From an uncultured virus (IMG/VR IMGVR_UViG_3300042556_001362) (taxonomy: Duplodnaviria > Heunggongvirae > Uroviricota > Caudoviricetes): a stretch of 64,000 bases of DNA. The DNA lies in IMG/VR virus record IMGVR_UViG_3300042556_001362. One strand, written 5' to 3'. The notes under the pieces were generated by a model. It was given only the letters and a program-made list of their open reading frames with translations, had not been told where the DNA came from and made no database searches. Below are positions 1 to 9,441 of the stretch, one piece after another (positions within the stretch are counted from its first letter, which is position 1; each line of letters starts with the position of its first letter). The translations under genes and the position numbers were made by a program.

Positions 1-1882
1 CCTGACTTTCTTCAAGAATATTTTCTAGTTCATCGTTGGATGAAGATTCATCAGATTCAGGTGTATCCGTTTCAGGAGATTCAGTTTCTTCGGAAGGCAC
101 TTCTTCAGCAGGAGTTTCTTCCACTGGAGTTTCCTCTGCAGGAGTTTCTTCTATTTCTGTACTCTCCTCTTCAGTCGGAGTGGTCAAATCTGGTAAAGTT
201 TGTTCAGGCGCATAAATAAAAGATGGTTGTGACGGAGCCTCAATAATTTCTTCTTCTGGTGCGGGTATAGAAATAACAACCTCTGTATACTCACTTACAG
301 GTCCAGACCAGTTAGCAATTCTAACAGTATAGGTAGAGCCTTCTGTCAAACCAGTTAATTCAATAGATTCTGGAGCACCAGTTGTATTATATGTTCCACC
401 TTCATATGGGTTTTCTGCATCTGGATCATTCGTTATTACTTGATAAAACCAAGTATTGGCTGTGTATCCTTCTGGCAATTCAGGCGTAATAACAACTGTC
501 GTTCCTTCAATTACTGGTTCTGATAACACTGGGGCTGGAGTAGGAATATGACTATTAATTGCTGTAATTAACTCTTGAGCATTTGTATTTAATTGTGTTT
601 GTAAGTTTGTTTTACTAGATACCGCTGAGTTTACGGCATTAGTTAAAGATGTTGTATTGATTACATTTATATTAGAAGTATTTGTAGTATTTTGAGCAAC
701 GACTGGAGTAAGGCTTGAGTTTAACTGTGCAATGGTTGCATTTGCTGCGTCAACCGCTGCCTGAACTGTTTCTGTATTTGGATCTACATATGGAGTAAAT
801 GCTGCACCTTGACTTATTTGTCCAGCAAAACCTGCTCCAACATTAGTATCTGTAATTGGAATGAGTGCACCGTTAGTTGTTTCTCTAACATTAAATCTCG
901 CTTGATCTGGTATTGGTCCATTAGCAGTTACATTTGCCATCCATGCACCATCATTTGGATTTACATCAGCATTAAATCTTACCTGAACCATTTGAGTAGA
1001 AGCATCTTGTTGTGGAAATGGTCTTAAATCCCAAGCAATATCTAAACTTGTTCCAGTAGTTGAATATGTAATTCCAGTTCCTGTACTCCAAGTAGTCCAG
1101 TCCCATCCAGCAATAGATACTGAAGGTGCTCCTGGAGTTGTATGATAAACCCATCCTTCATTTGTTCCAAATGTTATTGTTGCATTTGATCCAACGAATA
1201 CATTGTTGTAAACAGTTCCACCCATTTGCATTCCGAACGGAAGATTCATTTGAACACCAGCATCATCTACTCCAGCCAAAACATTTGTGCTAGTTCCAAT
1301 GGTGGCTTGCAAATTATTAACTGCTGTTTGTGCATTATCAATTGCAATGTTGGCTTGAGTTAGTTCGGTTTGTGCAGTTGCTTGTGCTGTTGCTGCTGCT
1401 GTTTTTGCTGCAATGACTTCAGATATTTGTACTTGTGCAGTTGATGTGTCAATATTATTTATGGAGGTTTGTGCTGTAATAATAGTATTTTTAGCATCTT
1501 GAACTACCTGCGAACTTTGATCTATTGGTGTAACAGATAAATCTACAGAACTAATTGTGGCTGTCGCTGTGTCTACTAAGGCTACGTCTGATTGTGCTAC
1601 TGCTATTGTGGCTGTCACTGTATCTACCGCTGCCTGAGCCTCTACCCTTTCAGCAACTGCTACGGCTATGGTGGCGGTGGCAGTATCCGTGGCTGTAATA
1701 GCCTGTTGAACCTCTGTAGTGGCTGTTGCAAGGGCTGTATTAACTGCTTGTTGAGCAGGGCTTACAACAACTTGTTCTTGATTTTCTGTAGCATGAGCAC
1801 GATCAGGAGCCATTATCCCAAAAATTGTTAAACACAACCCTACCCCAAAGGCTAATACTAGTCTTCGTTTGAGATTGGTCAA
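1..1882 (-). CDS. Large secreted/surface protein, 3'-partial: signal peptide, Ala/Thr/Gln-rich helical region, NIDO-like domain, FN3-like domain, acidic Pro/Glu linker
   Basis: Not in the ORF track because it runs off the window. TTG at 1882 follows AGGAG and reads MTNLKRRLVLAFGVGLCLTIFGIMAPDRAHA-TENQ. Later segments include DDAGVQMNLPFGMQMGGTVYNNVFVGSNATITFG and LTGLTEGSTYTVRIAN; the same frame is open at the left edge (ESDESSSNDELENILEESQ). Confidence 0.8.
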   Translation of the reverse strand, partial: MTNLKRRLVLAFGVGLCLTIFGIMAPDRAHATENQEQVVVSPAQQAVNTALATATTEVQQAITATDTATATIAVAVAERVEAQAAVDTVTATIAVAQSDVALVDTATATISSVDLSVTPIDQSSQVVQDAKNTIITAQTSINNIDTSTAQVQISEVIAAKTAAATAQATAQTELTQANIAIDNAQTAVNNLQATIGTSTNVLAGVDDAGVQMNLPFGMQMGGTVYNNVFVGSNATITFGTNEGWVYHTTPGAPSVSIAGWDWTTWSTGTGITYSTTGTSLDIAWDLRPFPQQDASTQMVQVRFNADVNPNDGAWMANVTANGPIPDQARFNVRETTNGALIPITDTNVGAGFAGQISQGAAFTPYVDPNTETVQAAVDAANATIAQLNSSLTPVVAQNTTNTSNINVINTTSLTNAVNSAVSSKTNLQTQLNTNAQELITAINSHIPTPAPVLSEPVIEGTTVVITPELPEGYTANTWFYQVITNDPDAENPYEGGTYNTTGAPESIELTGLTEGSTYTVRIANWSGPVSEYTEVVISIPAPEEEIIEAPSQPSFIYAPEQTLPDLTTPTEEESTEIEETPAEETPVEETPAEEVPSEETESPETDTPESDESSSNDELENILEESQ

Positions 1883-1918
1883 TTGAGTGGTGGTCTCCTA
1901 TGTGTAATTATATTAGTA

Positions 1919-1927
1919 ATTATACCA
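1919..1927 (-). promoter_or_regulatory. Extended -10 promoter TGGTATAAT
   Basis: TGnTATAAT upstream of the 1882 start and just past the terminator. Confidence 0.6.
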
Positions 1928-1939
1928 TTTTTATGCAAT

Positions 1940-1969
1940 AAAAAAGAGGGTAGAAATTAATCTACCCTC
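1940..1969 (-). terminator. Intrinsic terminator
   Basis: Stem GAGGGTAGA/TCTACCCTC (1946-1954/1961-1969) followed by a U-tract on the minus strand, just after the 1988 stop. Confidence 0.8.
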
Positions 1970-1987
1970 AATTTTTATAAGGAGTTG

Positions 1988-3586
1988 TTAAGCCTTAACC
2001 TTTTTCTGAATCTTTAATACAAGATTAGTTAAGGTTGTAATTAATGTCTTAAGTTGTGCAACGGTTACAGATAATGCAGCCACAGCAGCAAGTGCTTGTG
2101 ATGCTGAATCGGTTACTGTTGCAGATGCTGACACCTTTACTTGACCCGCTACTGGTAAATCAGTTCCACCAGTTGCGCTGATAGTAACTGCTCCTGCAGA
2201 TAATGGCATGTAAACCTTGTAAGTTTTTACACCATTTGCGTCAGTTGTAATAGATGTTGCAGTAATGGTATCGCTTGATCCACCAAAAGAATAACTTGTA
2301 GTAATTCCTGTAGAAGCAAGTAGGTTAGCATATGTCTTTCCAGACAATACGGCACCTGTTGCATCAACTGGTGAAAGAGTAATTGTGGCTTGCTCTCCTG
2401 CTACATAGTTTGCTTTATCAAAAGCCAACTTAATAGAAGCAACGGCAGCCTCTACACGCACAGTAACTGTGTCTGCAGAGATTGTTCCACTCTTTACTAC
2501 TACACCTGCTGAACCAGTCTTAACACCAGCCAAAGAAAACAACGCTTCACCATTAGAAATAGAAGCAGTTGTTGCTGAGTTGCTGATTACTGTAAGATCA
2601 TTTGAAGTAACTGTTAATGTTCCTGCTCCTACAACTACGCCAGCAGCATCATATGCTACGGCAGAAATTGCGTCTGCATTAGAACCTACAGCAATTGCTG
2701 GCTTCTTTACAGTTGTAACAACTTTGGCAATGTCACCATAAAACGTTACTTTTTCTGTTGCTAACAATGCTCCAGATTGTGAAGTAAGAGTAATTGTTCC
2801 TACGCCAGATGTTCCATCAGAGAATACTCCAATGTAGTTTCCTGCAGGTACAACTAATGATCTACCAAGACCGTTAATTGTTGTATGGTTTGTACCATAA
2901 CCCAACATACCCGCTCCTGAAATTGTTGCTGTAACAGATTCTGAAGCAGAAGCATTAACAGCATTCTTTTGAGTTAAAACAATAACTGCTGCTGCATCAG
3001 ATGAGACTGTCTTTGAAGCATATACAGTAGCATCTGTTGTTGCTGAGATTGTTTCACCAGCATTTAAAATAGATGTTGTATAAGCAGTTGATGCCTTAAG
3101 ATCTGGAGCGGTAACAGTAACTGTCCATGTAAGGGCAGCAGATGTAACTGAACCAGATGCGCTAGTCAATGTAGGGATAAATCTAACTACATATGATCCA
3201 GCGACGGTAGGCACATAAAATGATGATGTCAACTTTGCAGTAACATAACCAGAAGTATTAGTTGCTGGAGATACTGCTGCTGTTTTTGTGTCTGCTGATA
3301 GTGCCACTGTTGCGCTAGATGTTTCTGTAACGGCAAACTGTGGAACGCTAGCAGTAGATGGGGCAGATAGTACTGCAGATATTACCGAAACGGTATCTCC
3401 AATACTTGTTCCCAAAAATGATACTGATACTACTGCTGTTGCAGTCTCACCAGGATTAATTGTATCTGCTACGGCATCGATGGTGACAACGTCAGCATAT
3501 ACTGTAGCCTGTGTCGGAAGTGCCGACATCACGCCAAGTGTCAAGGCTGCAGCCAAGACTGTGGCAAGTTTCTTAAATGAATTCAT
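1988..3586 (-). CDS. Secreted Ig-like-domain surface (S-layer-like) protein
   Basis: Signal peptide MNSFKKLATVLAAALTLGVMSALPTQA; Ala/Thr/Val-rich beta domains; amphipathic C-terminal helix ending KIQKKVKA; SD AAGGAG. Confidence 0.7.
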   Translation of the reverse strand: MNSFKKLATVLAAALTLGVMSALPTQATVYADVVTIDAVADTINPGETATAVVSVSFLGTSIGDTVSVISAVLSAPSTASVPQFAVTETSSATVALSADTKTAAVSPATNTSGYVTAKLTSSFYVPTVAGSYVVRFIPTLTSASGSVTSAALTWTVTVTAPDLKASTAYTTSILNAGETISATTDATVYASKTVSSDAAAVIVLTQKNAVNASASESVTATISGAGMLGYGTNHTTINGLGRSLVVPAGNYIGVFSDGTSGVGTITLTSQSGALLATEKVTFYGDIAKVVTTVKKPAIAVGSNADAISAVAYDAAGVVVGAGTLTVTSNDLTVISNSATTASISNGEALFSLAGVKTGSAGVVVKSGTISADTVTVRVEAAVASIKLAFDKANYVAGEQATITLSPVDATGAVLSGKTYANLLASTGITTSYSFGGSSDTITATSITTDANGVKTYKVYMPLSAGAVTISATGGTDLPVAGQVKVSASATVTDSASQALAAVAALSVTVAQLKTLITTLTNLVLKIQKKVKA

Positions 3587-3602
3587 TCTTCTCCTTATTA
3601 GT

Positions 3603-5387
3603 TTATATTAAGTTTAGTTTATCTAGAAAATCCTTAACATCGTTAGGTATTTCCCGACTATCTAATTCTACCATACGTTGCTGCTTCTCCGCAAGTCGTG
3701 TTGCAGAACTCCAAGTGTGGACCTCTATCTCTGTATTATTAGTCTTTGGAGTATGTGAAATTGCTGAAAATACCGCTCCACAAACTGCATCCGCTAAATC
3801 TTTTGATTTTTTTCGAGGATGGTCAACTCTATTGCCTTTCATTATTTTTAATTCTGACATTTCTTCTAGCAGCAATGGAATCATTGGCATTGCAACACGC
3901 TCTTCATAAATCATCATAGCCAAATCTTCGTAGTGTTTTTTAGCAACAGATACTGTTTCTGTTCTAATTCCAACAGCCTGCAACTCATTTTGAATGTCAA
4001 ATGATTGCCAACGGTCAAAAGAAACCATACCAATGTTGAGACCTTCTCTACGTAAGTTAATAATCCACTGCTTTACCTCTGATAAATTCACTGGTCCTTC
4101 TGCTCTTGGCTCCCACCAAGCAACGGCATCAACAACAACAATAGGGGCTACCTGCTCATAATCTTTAATAACCTGAATATTAACCCATTTATCAACATGA
4201 GCAATAGCAACAGCACACTTGTCATGTTTTTGTGCAAGGTCAGCATGGATATAATATATTTTTTCTGGATCTGCTTTAAATGTTTCGTCAAACCTTCTAA
4301 AAGAATCTACAGGGTTTCTGGTATTCATACATTTTTGTAACTTATCTTTTTGTTTAAAAAACGCATCAGACGCATATGTAGGAACACAAGCAAAACGCAT
4401 CATTGCATCTCCTAAGTCTGTATAAAATGCTAGTTTAAAATCATCTATCTTTCTAGTAGGATTTACTTCCCATGTTGGTCTTTTAAGTGCTAGAATTTTT
4501 GGAACCTTATATGAAATAATGCTATCTTCTTCCCAACTAATTTCAAATTGATTATTTATGTCATTGTGTGGTAAGTTTTCATTCATAATAAAAATATGTT
4601 TCTTTTCTATTGTTTCTTTTTCTGCAATTACATCATCATATCTTTTAGAAATAAAGTCTCCTTGATACCGTGGAAAAGAAAGTAAAACTACCTTACCAAG
4701 ATCTGGAAAACGAGAATCTACAGATCCACGAAATGCTTTATAAATATTTTCTGCAGTTTTGCCTTGTTCATTACCAGTGCCAACCTCAGATGCAAAACCA
4801 GAAATCTCATCAAGCACTGCAAGCAATAAGTTTAAACCCTCATGCGATTCTCTTTCAGAGTGACCAGAATAAACTGTAATTGATTTATCAAACTCAACTG
4901 AATCTGCTTTAGCGTTATACTTACCAGCAAACCACGGAGACTTCTCAATCTTTGTTTTAAAACCTTTAAAGAAAACATTTTTTGCTTGTTGTGCGTTAAT
5001 AGCAACGTTAATTAAATCTATTGCATCTCCACTTGGTTTTCCGAAATATCTTGCAGGATCTTTGAGACATAGTAACTTATAAACAATATAAGCACAAGCA
5101 ACAGTAGAGGTGAAATCTTTACCAGAACCTTTGCCCAACTGTAAAATGATTTCATTTTTAGTATATTTATCATAATATCTTGCCCCCTCTACAGATCCAT
5201 ATAATTCTTGTAAGTCTTCTTTTTTGTATATTTGACTCATTGCTTCTACAATGTCATATTGAATTGAAGATAATGGTGGTTGTCCTAAATATTCAGAAGA
5301 CTCAACAAATGTTTTTGCGTCTACTGGCTTTTCTTCAAATTGATTTTCTTTTAATACTTCAAGAAAATCATTGAACATCGTGGACAA
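3603..5387 (-). CDS. terL: Terminase large subunit
   Basis: Walker A GKGSGKD, Walker B AVLDE, RNase H-like nuclease HADLA...DRWQS...KDLADA. Confidence 0.93.
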   Translation of the reverse strand: MSTMFNDFLEVLKENQFEEKPVDAKTFVESSEYLGQPPLSSIQYDIVEAMSQIYKKEDLQELYGSVEGARYYDKYTKNEIILQLGKGSGKDFTSTVACAYIVYKLLCLKDPARYFGKPSGDAIDLINVAINAQQAKNVFFKGFKTKIEKSPWFAGKYNAKADSVEFDKSITVYSGHSERESHEGLNLLLAVLDEISGFASEVGTGNEQGKTAENIYKAFRGSVDSRFPDLGKVVLLSFPRYQGDFISKRYDDVIAEKETIEKKHIFIMNENLPHNDINNQFEISWEEDSIISYKVPKILALKRPTWEVNPTRKIDDFKLAFYTDLGDAMMRFACVPTYASDAFFKQKDKLQKCMNTRNPVDSFRRFDETFKADPEKIYYIHADLAQKHDKCAVAIAHVDKWVNIQVIKDYEQVAPIVVVDAVAWWEPRAEGPVNLSEVKQWIINLRREGLNIGMVSFDRWQSFDIQNELQAVGIRTETVSVAKKHYEDLAMMIYEERVAMPMIPLLLEEMSELKIMKGNRVDHPRKKSKDLADAVCGAVFSAISHTPKTNNTEIEVHTWSSATRLAEKQQRMVELDSREIPNDVKDFLDKLNLI

Positions 5388-5904
5388 TTGTAATCACTTC
5401 TCCTTCTTTGGCAATCTGAGAAAGACGTTGCATAATTAAATCACGCACTTCTGGATGCGTAGAAGCAATCTCTCTAAGTATTTCAACCAATACCTCTTGC
5501 CTTTTTTCAATTTGAATCATTTCTTCTGCAAGTTCTTTATTTTCTAACAATCCAGCCTTTTGTAACATTTCAATTCTAGATTTTTCAATATCCATAACTA
5601 ACTTAATTGCTTGAGTCTTTGCGCTAAGATTATTTGTCATTGATGCTTCATCAATAACTTCATAAGATCTTGTTATTAATTTACTGTAGTGTGCATCAGC
5701 GCCAGCAAGTGCCTCTTTGGCACGAGCACGAATAGCATCATTAGCAGATGCCATAACCTTCCACTCATTAATTAATGAAACAACACGAGTTCTTGGAATA
5801 TCTAACTCTTTAGAAATTTTTGTAGGATCTTGACCTTTAAGATACTCTGCAACGACTTTGTTTACTTCATCAAGATGATTTACTAAGTCTGACTCAGTTG
5901 ACAT
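5368..5904 (-). CDS. Putative terminase small subunit
   Basis: N-terminal HTH (PTKISKELDIPRTRV), helical body, overlaps terL start. Confidence 0.6.
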   Translation of the reverse strand: MSTESDLVNHLDEVNKVVAEYLKGQDPTKISKELDIPRTRVVSLINEWKVMASANDAIRARAKEALAGADAHYSKLITRSYEVIDEASMTNNLSAKTQAIKLVMDIEKSRIEMLQKAGLLENKELAEEMIQIEKRQEVLVEILREIASTHPEVRDLIMQRLSQIAKEGEVITIVHDVQ

Positions 5905-6139
5905 GATATTTACCTTCTAATCTATTTATTTCATCTTTAATATAAAAAATTGCTTTTTCTAAATCCTGTATTGTTTTAGCCTCATCTTTTAATCCCGCCC
6001 TCCACAAATATTTAAAAGCATTCCCTATGTTAAAATTTCGGTGTCTTGTAATTTCTATACACTCTACGCCACTTGGGTCAGTTGTATAATGTAACGGATG
6101 ATTAACTTGATCAACCGTAATATTTAAATTATTACTCAT
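5894..6139 (-). CDS. DUF3310 (SaV-like) protein
   Basis: DQVNHPLHYT...ECIEI...FNIGNAFKYLWRAGLK...DLEKAIFY; start moved to MSNN at 6139. Confidence 0.85.
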   Translation of the reverse strand: MSNNLNITVDQVNHPLHYTTDPSGVECIEITRHRNFNIGNAFKYLWRAGLKDEAKTIQDLEKAIFYIKDEINRLEGKYHVN

Positions 6140-6291
6140 CGTTTTGACTTCCTTAATCCAAATTTTGCAAGGTATACATAGATTGTTTCTATGCTTGCCC
6201 CACATTCTTTAGCAATATCTTGTGGAGATTTTTTATCTATAAGATATCTCTTACGAAGCCAAACCTCACTTGTATACAGTTTACCACTCAT
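6136..6291 (-). CDS. Small HTH DNA-binding protein
   Basis: WLRKRY...KSPQDIAKECGASIETIYVYLAKFGL; likely start MSGK at 6291. Confidence 0.65.
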   Translation of the reverse strand: MSGKLYTSEVWLRKRYLIDKKSPQDIAKECGASIETIYVYLAKFGLRKSKR

Positions 6292-6295
6292 AGTA

Positions 6296-6940
6296 TTATT
6301 TGTCAACCTCTTTTGTATTAATATCATAATAAAATTTATCAGAGTCTTCCAGCATCCATTTATTTTGATTTTCAACATCCCATTTATAATCATTAATTAT
6401 TCTTTCAATAACATAATCTTTTTTCAGGGTAAAGGAAGGTTCATAAATACGAACTCTATTATTGGGCTGAACAGCAAAGTTGCCATCATCTCGTTGTATG
6501 ACGTGTCCACATTTGTGCTCAGAAGGACTTTCTGAATACCCGTCATCCATAACGTTTGCATCTGGATTATGCCAGTCAAGAGTAAAGAGATATGTTCCAT
6601 CATGTCTTGTCTTTGTTCTATCAATATATGACATTCTAAGGTTTGTAAGATTTTCAAATTTAGTCACAGATATGTGATGGCTAAAGGAGTTCCATAAAAC
6701 TAAATTGTGTAAGTCTACTTCAGGAACTCCAGGTTTTGTACAAAATGCACTAATTGGCAATCTCCACCATAGCCCACCGTCTTCCATCATTATGTGAAAT
6801 AAAGGACTTCTGCTTTTTATACTAGCAACACCAAATATAACACATGGGAAATACTTGTCATGACTATCTAATTGATTCCTTAAATAGTTTCCACGAACAT
6901 AGCACTCTATAGGTGGTATGTTGGCATTTAGTTCTGGCAT
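6296..6940 (-). CDS. Conserved phage hypothetical protein
   Basis: 214 aa ORF coupled to its neighbours; YLFTLDW...EHKCGH...QPNNR. Confidence 0.6.
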   Translation of the reverse strand: MPELNANIPPIECYVRGNYLRNQLDSHDKYFPCVIFGVASIKSRSPLFHIMMEDGGLWWRLPISAFCTKPGVPEVDLHNLVLWNSFSHHISVTKFENLTNLRMSYIDRTKTRHDGTYLFTLDWHNPDANVMDDGYSESPSEHKCGHVIQRDDGNFAVQPNNRVRIYEPSFTLKKDYVIERIINDYKWDVENQNKWMLEDSDKFYYDINTKEVDK

Positions 6941-7512
6941 TATATTTTTCCTATTGCCTTATCCCAATTATTAATAGCCCAATGACCGATACCACAAGCG
7001 TCAGCAACGTCATTATCGTTAATATTTTTATCATAAATGATTTCAATTAATTTCACAGTCCTTTCTTTTCTAAATTGCCTTTCAAAAGACTTGTACCAAG
7101 AATCTGATTTACCAAGATTCTTAGATCTAATTAACATTTGTTCTTCTTTTGTTAATTTTTTATTACCTAAATAGTTTTGCCAAGTAATTGGAGAAACCTT
7201 TCCCACTGTTCTAATGCCACACATGGCAGCAGCACCAAGCAATGCCCCTTGAACTAATGCAAGGTCAGCAGCAGTTTTTGGGCTATTCATAAATACAGTA
7301 TGTTCAATTACGATAGCATCTGCCTTCATTACCGTTTCAAAATATGCTTTAGTTTTTCTTGCTGCATCTCCTACTTTTAAATATATGTCATTTCCCTCAA
7401 AATTTATTTTACCAATTTCTTTAAGGTCTTTATTATCAAACACCGCATATGCAAGGCTATTAGTACTAGCATCAATAGAACAAATTCTTGTTGGTTGATT
7501 AGTCTTGTTCAT
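6940..7512 (-). CDS. RuvC-like Holliday junction resolvase
   Basis: SIDASTNSLAYAV, VIEH, DNDVADACGIG acidic catalytic pattern. Confidence 0.75.
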   Translation of the reverse strand: MNKTNQPTRICSIDASTNSLAYAVFDNKDLKEIGKINFEGNDIYLKVGDAARKTKAYFETVMKADAIVIEHTVFMNSPKTAADLALVQGALLGAAAMCGIRTVGKVSPITWQNYLGNKKLTKEEQMLIRSKNLGKSDSWYKSFERQFRKERTVKLIEIIYDKNINDNDVADACGIGHWAINNWDKAIGKI

Positions 7513-7789
7513 AATCAAAAAACCCCTTTATCTCTTTTAACATTTTGTTTACTTCTTTTTTACTTACGTTGCAATTAGAACAAAAGCCAGAATCGTTATA
7601 TATAGATAGTTGTTGTCCACAACCACCAAAACATTTTCTGACTTTTCCAATTCTTTTTTGCCTACGAGTTAATTGATATCTTTCTACTATTTTATCTTTT
7701 GTTGCAGATGATCGACACTCAGTGCCGCAATAAATTTGATAAGTTACTTTAGGTGTAAAGCCTTTGTTACACTTTTCACAAAGTTTCAC
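7499..7789 (-). CDS. Cys-rich zinc-binding protein
   Basis: CEKC, YCGTEC, CFGGC, FCSNC; likely GTG start at 7789. Confidence 0.6.
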   Translation of the reverse strand: MKLCEKCNKGFTPKVTYQIYCGTECRSSATKDKIVERYQLTRRQKRIGKVRKCFGGCGQQLSIYNDSGFCSNCNVSKKEVNKMLKEIKGFFDYEQD

Positions 7790-8630
7790 TAAGCCCCTCA
7801 AGAGGTTTAATTTTAAGAACCCCTGTTTCTGCCTCTGCACAGGCTTTTTGAATAGGACAACCCTTGCAGATTTTAGAGTTAGACCTATATGTTTTAACTG
7901 GAATTTCTCTGTCTGTCCAAGCCTTACGGACCTGCCTCATCCAGTTAAATGCGTAATCAATCCACTTACGATACTCGTCATTAACCTGTACTGGAAGTGT
8001 TAATAACTCGTGATTGTTTTTATTTTCATAAATTAAAACGCCTTTATCTTTATTTAATATTTTCATATACATTAACAATTGCATTAGGTGCCCACCTTTA
8101 GGCTTCCTGCTTGCTTTCTTATACTCAAATCCATCATTTGGCATTGTTTTAATTTCAGCAACAATAGACTGTCCATTAAAATCAAGCATTGCATCGCCAT
8201 AACCAAATATTGGTGGATCATCTACTTTAACTGTAAATTCTAATGCAGGATGTTTTTGTTTGCCATACTTTCGCTCTGTTGTTTCAAACTCCATACTCTT
8301 ATCAAGAATATCTGCACTAATCATTGCATCTTGAATTCTGTCATGACTTAAAGTACCGCTATTTCTATTTGCTACACCGTAAGGACTTGCATCATCATAA
8401 AATACTTGACCATCAAATGCAAGGTACCAGAAACGAGCACACTCTCCAGACCCCCAAGCCAATCCTGATGGTGAGAAAGAATATTTTTTAGTAAATTTTG
8501 GCTTAATGTCAGCAATGTATCCTTTTTGGATAGCATCTACCAAACCTTCAGTATAGTCAACATCTCCGTTATGTATTGGTTCATCTTGCTTAATCATAAT
8601 CTGTTTTAATAAGTTTTTAGTCATTTTCAT
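7776..8630 (-). CDS. Cas4-like PD-(D/E)xK exonuclease
   Basis: N-terminal C (ECAR), GYGD, EIKT, QLLMY and C-terminal CKGCPIQKAC (1+3 Cys Fe-S pattern). Confidence 0.8.
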   Translation of the reverse strand: MKMTKNLLKQIMIKQDEPIHNGDVDYTEGLVDAIQKGYIADIKPKFTKKYSFSPSGLAWGSGECARFWYLAFDGQVFYDDASPYGVANRNSGTLSHDRIQDAMISADILDKSMEFETTERKYGKQKHPALEFTVKVDDPPIFGYGDAMLDFNGQSIVAEIKTMPNDGFEYKKASRKPKGGHLMQLLMYMKILNKDKGVLIYENKNNHELLTLPVQVNDEYRKWIDYAFNWMRQVRKAWTDREIPVKTYRSNSKICKGCPIQKACAEAETGVLKIKPLEGLSETL

Positions 8631-8656
8631 CCTTTGTTTTATATAAGTATAGCAGG

Positions 8657-8974
8657 TTAGCGTATTATGTATTTGAGTGCTGAGACTAAGTTGTTAATTG
8701 ATTCTGCTGCCGTGAAATATATGTTCTTTTTTGCCCTGTCACTTTTGTCTACGTTAGCCATCCAAGTTGCTCTAAATGACATTTTTGCTGCTATTGCCTG
8801 AAGTCTTACGATTTCTACGGTAGCAACATTAAGCGGAACATCTGGCTTAATGATTAACTTAGCAATCATTGTTAAAGCCATTGTTAGTTCTTCATCCTTC
8901 ATGTAGTCAGCAATTTCAGTTAAACCATTGACCATATCTATTGTCGTTCCTGTTGGCTGAACCTGTTGTGTCAC
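8657..8974 (-). CDS. Hypothetical protein
   Basis: 105 aa helical ORF in the operon. Confidence 0.6.
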   Translation of the reverse strand: MTQQVQPTGTTIDMVNGLTEIADYMKDEELTMALTMIAKLIIKPDVPLNVATVEIVRLQAIAAKMSFRATWMANVDKSDRAKKNIYFTAAESINNLVSALKYIIR

Positions 8975-8975
8975 T

Positions 8976-9266
8976 CTATTCCCCCTCTGTTAGTTGTTCT
9001 AAAAGATCCATTTCAATTATAGCAAGTCTTACCTTTGTGTTACCCTCACCTAAAATAACAATTATTGCAGGAGATTTATCAGTTCCTGATTTAATAGAAT
9101 CAGTAACAGCCTTAGCCCACACATCCTTGTTTAAAGTAAAAGATTTGCTAACCTCTTTAAAATCAACAATAAAGTTTCTCCATGTTGCATCTCCTTTTTT
9201 ATTATTGCGACCTGAATTCTTGTGTTGTTTAGCACCAATTCTTTTAGACTCACTTCTTTCACTCAT
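8976..9266 (-). CDS. Small PD-(D/E)xK nuclease (Hjc-like resolvase)
   Basis: E...NSGR..KGDA...VDFKE motif. Confidence 0.65.
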   Translation of the reverse strand: MSERSESKRIGAKQHKNSGRNNKKGDATWRNFIVDFKEVSKSFTLNKDVWAKAVTDSIKSGTDKSPAIIVILGEGNTKVRLAIIEMDLLEQLTEGE

Positions 9267-9441
9267 TTATAAAATCCCTTTTCTTTCTTTTGGGTGGTAT
9301 TAGTCCAACTTTTGATATATGTTTTTTAGAACACATCCAAGTTGCATCTCCAGTTTCTTTCCAATATCTTAAAGACAAGACTTCTTCTTGACAAGTTTTG
9401 CATGGAAACTTTCCTGGATAAACAGTAAACTCTTTAGACAT
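9259..9441 (-). CDS. Small zinc-ribbon protein
   Basis: CKTC...WMCSKKH; overlaps both neighbours. Confidence 0.55.
   Translation of the reverse strand: MSKEFTVYPGKFPCKTCQEEVLSLRYWKETGDATWMCSKKHISKVGLIPPKRKKRDFINE

Noticed and set aside
809..1831. Three short ORFs, including a Cys-rich 79 aa ORF
   Set aside because: They lie inside the long minus-strand ORF 1882..<1 and are alternative-frame artefacts
7776..8630. Cas4 as evidence of CRISPR-Cas
   Set aside because: No cas1/cas2 or array; stand-alone Cas4-like nucleases are common in phages
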